64,000 nucleotides of DNA from a virus (taxonomy: Duplodnaviria > Caudoviricetes): the IMG/VR virus record IMGVR_UViG_2522572099_000001, positions 1-64,000 of that record; one strand, given 5' to 3'. A model generated the notes under the pieces. That model worked only from the letters and a program-made list of their open reading frames with translations, did no database searches and was not told the origin of the DNA. Below, piece after piece: positions 29,629 to 38,215 of this stretch (positions within the stretch are counted from its first letter, which is position 1; the number at the start of each line of letters is the position of its first letter). The position numbers were made by a program, and so were the translations under genes.

Positions 29629-31200
29629 CTAAAAGTGATTGCGCCTGCCGTCCTTCCAGAGCTTGACGGTGATCGTGTTGACGTAGGTTCCGACCTCGGC
29701 GAACGAGCCGGCCGGCAGATCGCGGAATTGCCCCTTCATCTTCTCGATGAGGGCGCGGAACGCGATCGCCTTCCTGGTCTCGCGGAACTCGGTCCCGGCC
29801 GACATGATCGCGGCCAGGCAGCCATCGGGCTTGAGGAAATCGAGCGCATGGACGACGTGGTCGATATCGCGCTCCAAGTCGAAGGGCGGGTTCATGACGA
29901 TGCGATCGTAGAGGCCGGTGACCGACGGGCGCAGCGACAGGAAATCGGTGGCGTAGACCTTGCGGTAGAGCCCCTGTGCCTGGAGGGCGCCGGCCAGCGC
30001 CGGCTGCAGTTCGACGCAATCGACATGGTTGTCGAAGCGATACTCTTTGCGCCAGCGCTCCATCTTGTCGGCTTGTCCGTAGCCGCAATGGTCGGAGAAA
30101 TCCTTGATGCTGGAGAGGCAGCGCCGCGCCAGATTGCCGGTGCCGGCGCTCGGCTCGAGGACTGTCAGACGTGGCTGGTCGGCCGGCTGCGTGAGCGGGA
30201 TCCCCTTCAAGATCTCGTGCGCTGCGCCGTCGGGCGTCGGGAAGAAGCCGAAGTTCCTGGCCGGCGTGGTCTTGCGGTTGCGGAACAGGTCGTCCGGCTC
30301 TTTGGTCATGCCGTCGCCGATCACTTCGCCGTAATATTCGGCCAGCATCTTGTTGACCTTCTCGACCAGGTCGTCGCGGGTAAACCACAGATGGGCGTTG
30401 CCGTTCTTATAGGCTACCACCTTGAAATAATCGCCGTGATGCTCGGATTGCTGTGGCTGATAGCCCCGACGCTCGGCTCGCACCTGGTTCTCGATGCTGT
30501 TGTACGTCGGCCTCTTGCCGTCGAGGACAGAGAACGTCCGCTCGATGTCGCGCACGGTCTCCCATGTCCCGCCCCACGATATAGTCCCGCTGTCGCGGTC
30601 AAAGGCGTAGGTCAGGATCATTCGGCTCCCGACCTTGAAACCGTCGTGCGAGCGGAACCGGCGGTCGAGATTGGAAAAGGCAGTGGCTATGCCGCGCCGG
30701 AAAATCATCTCGGACTCGCCGGCCCACTTGTCGATCGTGGCGTAGACGTTGTCGACAGTGACCGGCGGGATCCCCATGATCTCGTCGAGATTGACCAACT
30801 CCTTGCCGTCGCCGTGGCGATGATCGTAGCGCTCCGGCACCCATTTCAGCGTGTCGCACAGCTCGTCCTTGGCCTGCTTGTCCATCAGGACTTCGAGGTC
30901 CGTCATCTTGACGAGATAGTTCCAGCACGAGATGTCGATAAGGCGGATCGCCGTGCGCTTCCATTGTTCGGCTTCGGGGAGGTTGACGGCTTCGAAGAAC
31001 GCCTTGATTTCCCGGTTGTCGCGGTCGCCGTAGCGAGAGCATGCGTGTTCGCCGGCGGCGACTTTCCAGAGCGATGCAGCCTTCCTCAACTCTCCATCGC
31101 ACTGCTCAAGGGAGGCGAATGCGCCGTGATAGGCGGCCACTGCGGCATCGCGATAAGCGACGATCTGCTCGACCGTATTGCGGGGAATGAGCGCGTTCAT
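29629..31200 (-). CDS. DUF4942-domain N6-adenine methyltransferase
   Basis: YKNGNAHLWF, FFPTP, LEPSAGTG and IVMNPPF motifs. Confidence 0.88.
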   Translation of the reverse strand: MNALIPRNTVEQIVAYRDAAVAAYHGAFASLEQCDGELRKAASLWKVAAGEHACSRYGDRDNREIKAFFEAVNLPEAEQWKRTAIRLIDISCWNYLVKMTDLEVLMDKQAKDELCDTLKWVPERYDHRHGDGKELVNLDEIMGIPPVTVDNVYATIDKWAGESEMIFRRGIATAFSNLDRRFRSHDGFKVGSRMILTYAFDRDSGTISWGGTWETVRDIERTFSVLDGKRPTYNSIENQVRAERRGYQPQQSEHHGDYFKVVAYKNGNAHLWFTRDDLVEKVNKMLAEYYGEVIGDGMTKEPDDLFRNRKTTPARNFGFFPTPDGAAHEILKGIPLTQPADQPRLTVLEPSAGTGNLARRCLSSIKDFSDHCGYGQADKMERWRKEYRFDNHVDCVELQPALAGALQAQGLYRKVYATDFLSLRPSVTGLYDRIVMNPPFDLERDIDHVVHALDFLKPDGCLAAIMSAGTEFRETRKAIAFRALIEKMKGQFRDLPAGSFAEVGTYVNTITVKLWKDGRRNHF

Positions 31201-32193
31201 TCGCCACCTCGGCACCGCGATTGTCCAAGGTTCCGCAGCGCGTCGTTTCCCTTGTCGGTCGCCATAAGATATTCGTGTCGAAGCCAATGGGCGAGGCCGA
31301 GCGCTACCAAGCGCAATGCCGGTCTGCTTTTCTGCACGGCCCTCACGCCGTCAGTTGCTTCGATCAACAGCCACCATTGGGCGCGGGTTAGGTCGCTGGT
31401 TTTCATCACTTTGGTCGTCTGCATTGGTCTGGTCTCCGTGGTACGGGTTGGCGGGCGACGGGAACGACCCGCCGCCCTATCGAAAGGGTTGGTTTCAGGC
31501 CGAAGCCCTTGGCGTCATCGCCCCTCCCTCGCTCGTTTCGGTGAAATCCTCATCGTTGCGGCGAGGCCGGGAGACGCGCTCCCGGCAGGACGGACAGCGG
31601 CAGTCTTCGCTGTCATCGAAGGGGAAGGGCGAGAGGCAGTCGTCGCAGTAGGGCATCGCCAGCCTCAATCCATGTTGCAGTGAACGAGCGCGGTCGCGTA
31701 GTCGACGCCGGTTTCCTCGGCGTAGACAGCGGCCTGATCGCCGGGGCGGTTGGCGGCGAACCGCGCCTCGGGCTCGAAAGCGTTGCACATCGTCAGCAGC
31801 AGCTCAGCGTCGTGCTTGTTCTGGATGCCATGGCAGAGCACGACGTCGCAGCCGCCGACCTGGTTGGTCTTGCGATAGATCGAGTAAGGCCAGCCGGCGT
31901 CGGATTCGTGCAGGTGCTCGCCGTTGTCGCCTTCCGAGCCGATGAAAAAGCCCGGCTCGAAGCTGCCTTCTGTACGCCAATTCAAGATTGCATTGTGGGA
32001 GGCCATTTTCCTACTCCGCGAGTTCGCGGGAGGCCCGCTGCTGATAAGCGATGATGCTTGCCTCGACCGGCTGCATTTTCCATTCCGCCATGAGTTTTAT
32101 GGCGAGCGAGTGCGGCGCCGAGCCACCACCACTCGGTGTGCAGGCCAGGAGCGAGGTGAGAAGAATTTGCTTCTCGTTGTTGCTGAGGTCCAT
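31197..32193 (-). CDS. Four small hypothetical ORFs (31197-31424, 31495-31656, 31665-32006, 32011-32193)
   Basis: SAS before 31424 and 32193; RBSs present. Confidence 0.6.
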
Positions 32194-32233
32194 GTTTGGT
32201 CTCCGTGGTAGCGAATTTCTTAGTAACCACAAC

Positions 32234-32262
32234 AACTTAGCATGTAACCAATCTGGTTACAA
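32234..32262 (-). promoter_or_regulatory. Promoter TTGTAA-N17-TAAGTT with a perfect operator (32244-32260)
   Basis: GTAACCAATCTGGTTAC plus a downstream half-site. Confidence 0.85.
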
Positions 32263-32294
32263 GTAGGTGACGCTAAAAGATGAACGCCAGCTGG

Positions 32295-32651
32295 TCATGC
32301 CTTCAAGGTAGACAGCCGTGCCCGCGCCGCGTCATAGGTCGCGCGATCAATGCCGCCCTCGTGGAGCGCCCTTCGCTGGGCGGCGCGGTCGCCAAAGCCA
32401 AGCAGGTAGAGCCGGCAATCGAACGTCTTGCAGATCGCCGGCGCCCGGTCGTGGATGGTGCAGCCTGCTTTGCCGAGATAGACGCAGGCGCCGTCCGCGT
32501 TCTGGCGGACGGCAAAGCCGCTCTTGCCCGTGATCGGATTAAGGGCCGGCAGCGCATCGTAGGCCGCAACGATGTCGCCATGCTCGGGGAACAGGAAGAT
32601 CAGTTCCTTCCGGCAGCAGACGGTGCAGCCATTGCACGGTACGCTAGCCAT
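32295..32651 (-). CDS. YkgJ-like CxxCxxCC Zn/Fe-chelating protein
   Basis: CNGCTVCC..GACVYL..CTIHDRAPAICKTFDC. Confidence 0.8.
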   Translation of the reverse strand: MASVPCNGCTVCCRKELIFLFPEHGDIVAAYDALPALNPITGKSGFAVRQNADGACVYLGKAGCTIHDRAPAICKTFDCRLYLLGFGDRAAQRRALHEGGIDRATYDAARARLSTLKA

Positions 32652-33846
32652 TGGTCGCTCCCTGATGCTTGGACGCGTCCAAATGCGCAGGAGCCTCGCA
32701 AGCATCATGGCAATCGCCGTTGTTGCCGAGACATTCAGGATCGCCCTTGGGGCAGCCATCATCTTCGGCCGCTTCATCGATCTCGGCCAGGTCGATCTTG
32801 GTCTCGTTGCCGGCCTCGTCGACCATCGTGAAGACGCTCGCGGTCGAATGCGGCTTGCGAAGGACATCCCAGGCCCAGCGGGCGGCGGCTTCGGGATCGC
32901 CTTCGCCCTCGTAGTCGATCTCCCATGTGACGAGATAGCGGGGCATCACGCTGCCTCCGCGTCGGTGCCGTCGATCTCGGCGAGGAGCTTTCGGGCTGCT
33001 TCGCGCTCGCCATGATCGGCCCAGCCGCTGCGTGTGGCCATCTCGTCCACCTGGCGCAGGAGGTCGCGAAGGCGCGTCTCGAGCTCGGCGGCTTTCCAGA
33101 TCGCGCCCTCGGCGCATTCCTGGCATTCGCCGCCGAAGATCGTTTTGCCGGTCCAGTTGTCGACATGCTCGTAATCGGCGCACGATTCAGCGATAGCCTC
33201 CTCGTCGTCGTCGGCATCGCAATGGTTCGCGATATGGTTTTCCCGCATGTCGGCGCGCGCCTTTTCCTCGGCTTCCTCGTAGCTGGCGGCGCGCACCACC
33301 GTTCCGTAATTGCCCTGGTCGTCGTCGTTGTCAGCCCATTTGATGAGAACGGAATAGGTCTTGAGGTCGCTCATCAAACAGCCTCCCCATCGATCTCGAT
33401 CAACTCGTTGTTCGCGGGCTCGTCCAGTGAAACCTCGCAAAGGATCGGATCGCCGTTCGGCCACGCGCCGAGGTTCGCGGAGTTGCCGTCGATATGCTCC
33501 TTCATCATCGCGCTGGCATGCTCCTCGCTGTCTGCGCGGAACCGGATCGAGGCGAACAGCTTCACGTCGAACATGTACTCGTGCTTGCCCATCACGCACC
33601 GCCTTTCGCAAGCTGGGCGATCAGCGCATCGGCAATCCGGCACGCTTCCCGAACGCCAGCTGAGAGGTACTCGTCGCCTGTGTGGCCGTATCGGACCATG
33701 TCCGACCGGGCTCCGGACAAGGCGTGAGGGAGCGCTTTCCCCGCGAAATAGGCGCGAAGCGACATGCCGCCTTCGGAAACCGCCACTTCGCAGACCTTCA
33801 TCATCGTTGGAAATGCCGGCCCGCCGTCGTTCACTTTCTCGGTCAT
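32644..33846 (-). CDS. Four small hypothetical ORFs (32644-32946, 32946-33374, 33374-33592, 33592-33846)
   Basis: TGATG couplings; DGGPAFP..GMSLRAYFA phage motif. Confidence 0.65.
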
Positions 33847-33975
33847 CGTTTCTCTCCGTGGTAGTGGATGGTGCCAATTCGGTTGCAAATCTTTCTTGAC
33901 AGAATGCCGGGGGGGGGGAGCAGAAAACATGCAGCCTGATTCTGCTGTGCCTTCCACCTCACCCCCCGAGTCTGA

Positions 33976-34698
33976 TCAGCCAGTGATGGCGCGCGTTCCT
34001 GCGCCGTTGTTCACCGGGCGATTGAACGTTGCGCGGTCGCCGGCTGCGACGCCGGCCGCGAAGGCACCGCTGTTGCCCTTCATTCCGTGCGAATGCGAGC
34101 CGGAGCGAAGATTCATGCCGAGCTGGCCGAAGGCCCTGTTGACCAGCGCCATCTTGACGATGACCAGCGACTTGCCGCGACCGTTCGGGCGGGCCTGCTG
34201 CTCGCGTTCGTCAGCCAGGCGGTGAAGGCGCTCATTCATGCGGCTGATGCAGCCGACCATAAAACCCTTCTGGACGTCCCAAGGGCCGGCGCCGGCGCGG
34301 TTGTAGCGCTCGGTCATGAACTTGACGGTCTGGTTGCGGACGAACAGGTCGAGGCTCTCGATCAGCCAGATGGCGAACTGCCGGTCCTGCTCGGTGCCGA
34401 AGAACGTCATCGTGTCTTCCTTGCGCGAGAGCCAGACCTTGCAGTCGCAGTAGCGGCCGACTTCCAGCGCCAGATGATCCTTGATCACGTAGGTCTTGAA
34501 GTTGTCGCGCTTGACCTTCTGAGCCGCGATCGTCTCTGCGTCGAGCTCGATCTGGTCCTTGGTGAGGCCGTATTTGTCCATGAGTTCGCGGGCCTTGGCC
34601 ATTGCCTCGAAAGCCTCGGCTTCGGTGGCGCCGGCATCGGTCGTCTTGGCGAGCAAAGCCTTGATTTTCGCTGCCATCTTCTTCTGTTGAGCGGTCAT
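33976..34698 (-). CDS. DUF2786-domain protein
   Basis: KIKALLAK..EAEAFEAMAKARELMDKYGL. Confidence 0.85.
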   Translation of the reverse strand: MTAQQKKMAAKIKALLAKTTDAGATEAEAFEAMAKARELMDKYGLTKDQIELDAETIAAQKVKRDNFKTYVIKDHLALEVGRYCDCKVWLSRKEDTMTFFGTEQDRQFAIWLIESLDLFVRNQTVKFMTERYNRAGAGPWDVQKGFMVGCISRMNERLHRLADEREQQARPNGRGKSLVIVKMALVNRAFGQLGMNLRSGSHSHGMKGNSGAFAAGVAAGDRATFNRPVNNGAGTRAITG

Positions 34699-34728
34699 TT
34701 CAGGTCTCCGTGGTAGGGTTGGTTGCGC

Positions 34729-34745
34729 GTAACCATTTTGGTTAC
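34729..34745. promoter_or_regulatory. Perfect operator GTAACCATTTTGGTTAC
   Basis: Intergenic, next to the SAS at 34705. Confidence 0.85.
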
Positions 34746-34767
34746 AAAGCGGGCGAAGTAAAGGGAA

Positions 34768-35073
34768 TTATTCGGCGAAGGCCACAAAGCCAGCGTCTGC
34801 AAGCTGGCGCCAGAATTCGCGGCACTGCTCGCGGGTGAAAATGCCGCTTGGCTCGTCCTCGCACCGCCAGTTCGTGGAACGGACGATCATGTGCTCCTGG
34901 TCATCCTCCAACTCGGTGAAATACACCGCCACCAGGAAGCCATCATGTGGGGACCTGAGCTGGTGGCATGTGCCCTGGGTCTGTTTGAGACCGAAGAGGG
35001 AGCTACCGGTTCTGCGATGACGCCAGCCGCTAACCATCCGGCTATGCGCTGAGTGCTTTTGGAAATCGGTCAT
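34768..35073 (-). CDS. Hypothetical protein
   Basis: SAS and operator-promoter upstream. Confidence 0.7.
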   Translation of the reverse strand: MTDFQKHSAHSRMVSGWRHRRTGSSLFGLKQTQGTCHQLRSPHDGFLVAVYFTELEDDQEHMIVRSTNWRCEDEPSGIFTREQCREFWRQLADAGFVAFAE

Positions 35074-35112
35074 TTGTGTTTCTCCGTGGTAAGAAAGTTG
35101 TTTGATAACAAC

Positions 35113-35141
35113 AACTTAGATCGTAACCAGATCGGTTACAA
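35113..35141 (-). promoter_or_regulatory. Promoter TTGTAA-N17-TAAGTT with a perfect operator (35123-35139)
   Basis: GTAACCAGATCGGTTAC. Confidence 0.85.
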
Positions 35142-35179
35142 GTAAAAAGCGATCGCAGCAACAAAAATAGCGAGGCGGC

Positions 35180-36496
35180 GTGTTTCAGGGCGTTGTGCCG
35201 AAAGAGTGCATCGCGCAGATCCTTCGCGTTTCCGAGGTCGACACCTGGGGCAGGGTCTATAACTGCTGCTCGGGAACGTTCCGCTTCGAGCAGATCACGC
35301 TGGCAACGTTCCCCGGTGTCGAGATGCACTCGAACGACGTCAGCCTGTACTCCTCGGCGATCGCCGGCTATGTGCTCGGCAATCCGCTCGACTATGAGTT
35401 TCACGGCGCGCTCGACTTCGTCAACGAGCATGATTTTCGCGAGCCGGACCAGCGCCTGGCGGCACTCGCCGTCGCCTTCAATCTCGGCCGCTTCGTCGGC
35501 GGCAAGGCCAACGCCTACAAGACCAGCCATCGCACCCACCTGGTTGCGAACTTCGCCGGCTATGTCGAGCGCACCCTGGAGAAGGTCCGCAAGCTTCCCG
35601 GGATGATCCCGATCAAGAGCTACGCGCCGCGCGACTGGCTGCTCCACATGGAGGAGGCGATCGAGCGCAAGGCCGCCGTGTTCAGCTACCCTCCGTTTTT
35701 TTTGAACGGCTATGAAAAGATGTTCGCCTTCCTGGCCGAGAACATCAAATGGGACGCGCCGCAGTATCAGATTTTCGATCCGAAGAACCTGCGCGGCATC
35801 ATCGAGCGCGTGCGCCAGGCCGGCGTGCCCTATTGCATCCTCTCCGACCAGGTCTACGAGGATCTCAAACCGGAGCTGGAGTTCATCTCCGGGCGCGGCA
35901 AGCCGCACTTCTGCTACGTCTCGACGGGCAAGTCGTCCTATCTGCAGCTGGTGCCGCGCTCAGCGCCGTTCCGCTACAAGCCTGTCGACCTTGCCAAGAT
36001 CAAGCCGGATTCGGTGGTGACCATCGGCAAGGCCGACGCTGCCCAGATGACGTTTCTCAAGGACGTCTACCTGAAAAAAGGCATCGTCCACACGCCGGGC
36101 ATGGTGAACTACCTGGTCCGCGTCGACGACATGCTGGTCGGCGGGCTGATCTACAACATGGACAAGTTCACCCGGCAATCGATCTACCTGCTTTCGGACT
36201 TCGCCATCTCGCGCGAGGGCAGACTGTCGAAGCTCGTCACCAGGCTCGCCTGCAATGGGGAACTGTTGCGCGACCTTGGGAAGCGCTTCATCGACCGTTT
36301 CGACAAGGTGCAAACCTCAGCGTTTTCGGACCATCCCGTTTCGATGAAATATCGCGGCATCTTCGAGCAAACCAAGCGCGAAGAGATCGGCGCGCCCGAA
36401 GGCAAGTTCAGGCTGCATTACGTCGGCGCCCGCATCGATGAGACGCCGCAACAAGCGTTCGAGTGGTGGTATGGCAAGCACTTCAACCGCAGTTGA
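35180..36496 (+). CDS. Putative DNA-modification enzyme: degenerate Dam-like N-domain plus Mom/GNAT-like C-domain
   Basis: CSGTF..HSNDVS..SYPPF (in place of DPPY); C-terminal VDDMLVGGLIY..LLSDF..RLSKL..TSAFS..SMKYRG. Confidence 0.6.
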   Translation: MFQGVVPKECIAQILRVSEVDTWGRVYNCCSGTFRFEQITLATFPGVEMHSNDVSLYSSAIAGYVLGNPLDYEFHGALDFVNEHDFREPDQRLAALAVAFNLGRFVGGKANAYKTSHRTHLVANFAGYVERTLEKVRKLPGMIPIKSYAPRDWLLHMEEAIERKAAVFSYPPFFLNGYEKMFAFLAENIKWDAPQYQIFDPKNLRGIIERVRQAGVPYCILSDQVYEDLKPELEFISGRGKPHFCYVSTGKSSYLQLVPRSAPFRYKPVDLAKIKPDSVVTIGKADAAQMTFLKDVYLKKGIVHTPGMVNYLVRVDDMLVGGLIYNMDKFTRQSIYLLSDFAISREGRLSKLVTRLACNGELLRDLGKRFIDRFDKVQTSAFSDHPVSMKYRGIFEQTKREEIGAPEGKFRLHYVGARIDETPQQAFEWWYGKHFNRS

Positions 36497-37214
36497 CTGG
36501 AAAGCCCTCGACATCGAGGCGCGCCAGGTCGATCCGAAGACGCTCAAGCGCCGCGAGAAAAACGCGCACTACATGGCGCCTGCGATGTTCAAGCGCCTGG
36601 TCGAGAACGTCAAGATCGACGGGCGCCTGACGACAACCGTTCTCGCCTGCCAGGACAAGGACGGTTCGCTCGAAATTCTGTCCGGTCATCACCGCACCGC
36701 GGCCGCGATCGAGGCAGGCCTTGCCCTGGTCGACGCGCTCGTCATCACCACGCCGCTGACCGAAAAGCGCAAGGTGGCGATCCAGCTCAGCCACAACTCG
36801 ATCAACGGCGAGGACGACCAGTCGCTGCTGGCCCAGCTTTACGCCTCGCTCGATATCGACGCCAAAAAATTCTCCGGTCTCGACGACAGCGTGCTCTCCG
36901 GCGACAAGGGACCTGGGGCCGCAGCACTCGGCGGGGCGAACATCAAATACGACGAGCTGCTATTCGCCTTCCTGCCGGAGGAGCGCGTGCAGTTCGAGGT
37001 CGAAATGGAGGCGCTGGCCAAAAGGGCCAAGCGCTTCCGCATCCATGCAGCGCCGCAATCCACGTTCGACGGCTTTTTCGATGCCATCGTGCGCACCAAG
37101 CAGCAGCTCAACATCGTCAATTCTGGCATAGCGCTTTCGGTGATGGCGCGCCTGGCCGGCGAACGTCTCGATCAGCTCGAGGCCGAGCAAGACGACAAGC
37201 CCGATGCGGCATGA
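36471..37214 (+). CDS. ParB-N/sulfiredoxin-like domain protein
   Basis: KNAHYM..ILSGHHRTAAA..LSHNSING motifs. Confidence 0.85.
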   Translation: MASTSTAVDWKALDIEARQVDPKTLKRREKNAHYMAPAMFKRLVENVKIDGRLTTTVLACQDKDGSLEILSGHHRTAAAIEAGLALVDALVITTPLTEKRKVAIQLSHNSINGEDDQSLLAQLYASLDIDAKKFSGLDDSVLSGDKGPGAAALGGANIKYDELLFAFLPEERVQFEVEMEALAKRAKRFRIHAAPQSTFDGFFDAIVRTKQQLNIVNSGIALSVMARLAGERLDQLEAEQDDKPDAA

Positions 37215-37250
37215 GATTTTCTGGTAACTCGAAGCGGAGCTTCAAACCAA

Positions 37251-37556
37251 ATGCAACGTGATTTCCGGCCGGTGGCCGAAGCACGTCCAATCACCTATGG
37301 CACGATCGCCGATCTCAAAATGGCAAACGGTAGGGTCTACCGGGCAATCTTTGGGTTCAAGGCGAACGTTTGTGCCTGGTGGCCAATGGGCGGATATCGC
37401 AAGCGCGCAATCGGCACGGCGGAGCCTGTCGCGTTGTCGGTCATAAAAACCGGCGATGTAGACCATTTGGATTGGCAAGAGGCAGCTCTGCGCCAGCATG
37501 CAGATCCGCGCAACCTCTTACACGTTTGCCACTCGCGCCCGCGAGTCGTGTCGTGA
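37251..37556 (+). CDS. Hypothetical protein
   Basis: ORF coupled to terS. Confidence 0.5.
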   Translation: MQRDFRPVAEARPITYGTIADLKMANGRVYRAIFGFKANVCAWWPMGGYRKRAIGTAEPVALSVIKTGDVDHLDWQEAALRQHADPRNLLHVCHSRPRVVS

Positions 37557-38215
37557 TCCGGACCAAGTCGATCGCAACCGCCGCGAAGCCGAAGGCAAAG
37601 GGCAAGCCTGCTGGCGGTTCAAAGGCCAAGGCGCCGGCAGTTGCAGAGGCTGAGGCCGAGGCGAAAAAAAAGCCCGTCGGCGCCAACAAGAAATCGAAGC
37701 TCAAGGCGAAGCGTCCTATCAAGCAGAAGCCGGCTCCAAAGCCGGACGCTGCACCGAAACCTGAAGCGCGCCAAAAGCCAGGGCCGGCGCCAAAGCTAGG
37801 ATTGAAGGATGTAGAGCGCGTCATCGCGATGCTCCGCAACTGCGGCGGCATAAAATCGGTCGCGGCTGAGAAGCTCAACGTCAGTCGGCCGACGCTTCAC
37901 TCGTTCCTGAATGACCATCCGGAAGTCCAGGAAGCCGCCGCCGAGATCGATGAGGAGATGCTTGACGTCGCCGAAGGTCGCGTCGTCATGGCGATCCGCG
38001 CCGGCGAGATGCAGACCGTGCGCTGGTATCTGGAGCTGAAAGGCAAGGAACGCGGCTATGTCCGCCGCGTCGAGCAAACCGGCAAGGGCGGTGGTCCGGT
38101 CGAGACCCGGCAGGCGCCCGACCTCTCCGGATATTCCGAGGCCGAGTTGGCGCAACTCCTGACGATCGAGGAGGCTCGGCAAAAACGGGAAGCGGGCGCC
38201 TCCCAGGCGAAGTAA
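37553..38215 (+). CDS. terS: Terminase small subunit-like protein
   Basis: HTH (AAEKLNVSRPTL), WYLELKGKERGY, TGKGGGPV; abuts terL. Confidence 0.75.
   Translation: MIRTKSIATAAKPKAKGKPAGGSKAKAPAVAEAEAEAKKKPVGANKKSKLKAKRPIKQKPAPKPDAAPKPEARQKPGPAPKLGLKDVERVIAMLRNCGGIKSVAAEKLNVSRPTLHSFLNDHPEVQEAAAEIDEEMLDVAEGRVVMAIRAGEMQTVRWYLELKGKERGYVRRVEQTGKGGGPVETRQAPDLSGYSEAELAQLLTIEEARQKREAGASQAK

Noticed and set aside
29551-31683. 710-aa plus-strand ORF and similar long ORFs (37796-39706, 43481-45013, 41081-42289, 674-1753, 3621-5027)
   Set aside because: Antisense or off-frame shadows of well-supported genes in high-GC DNA; no motifs or RBS
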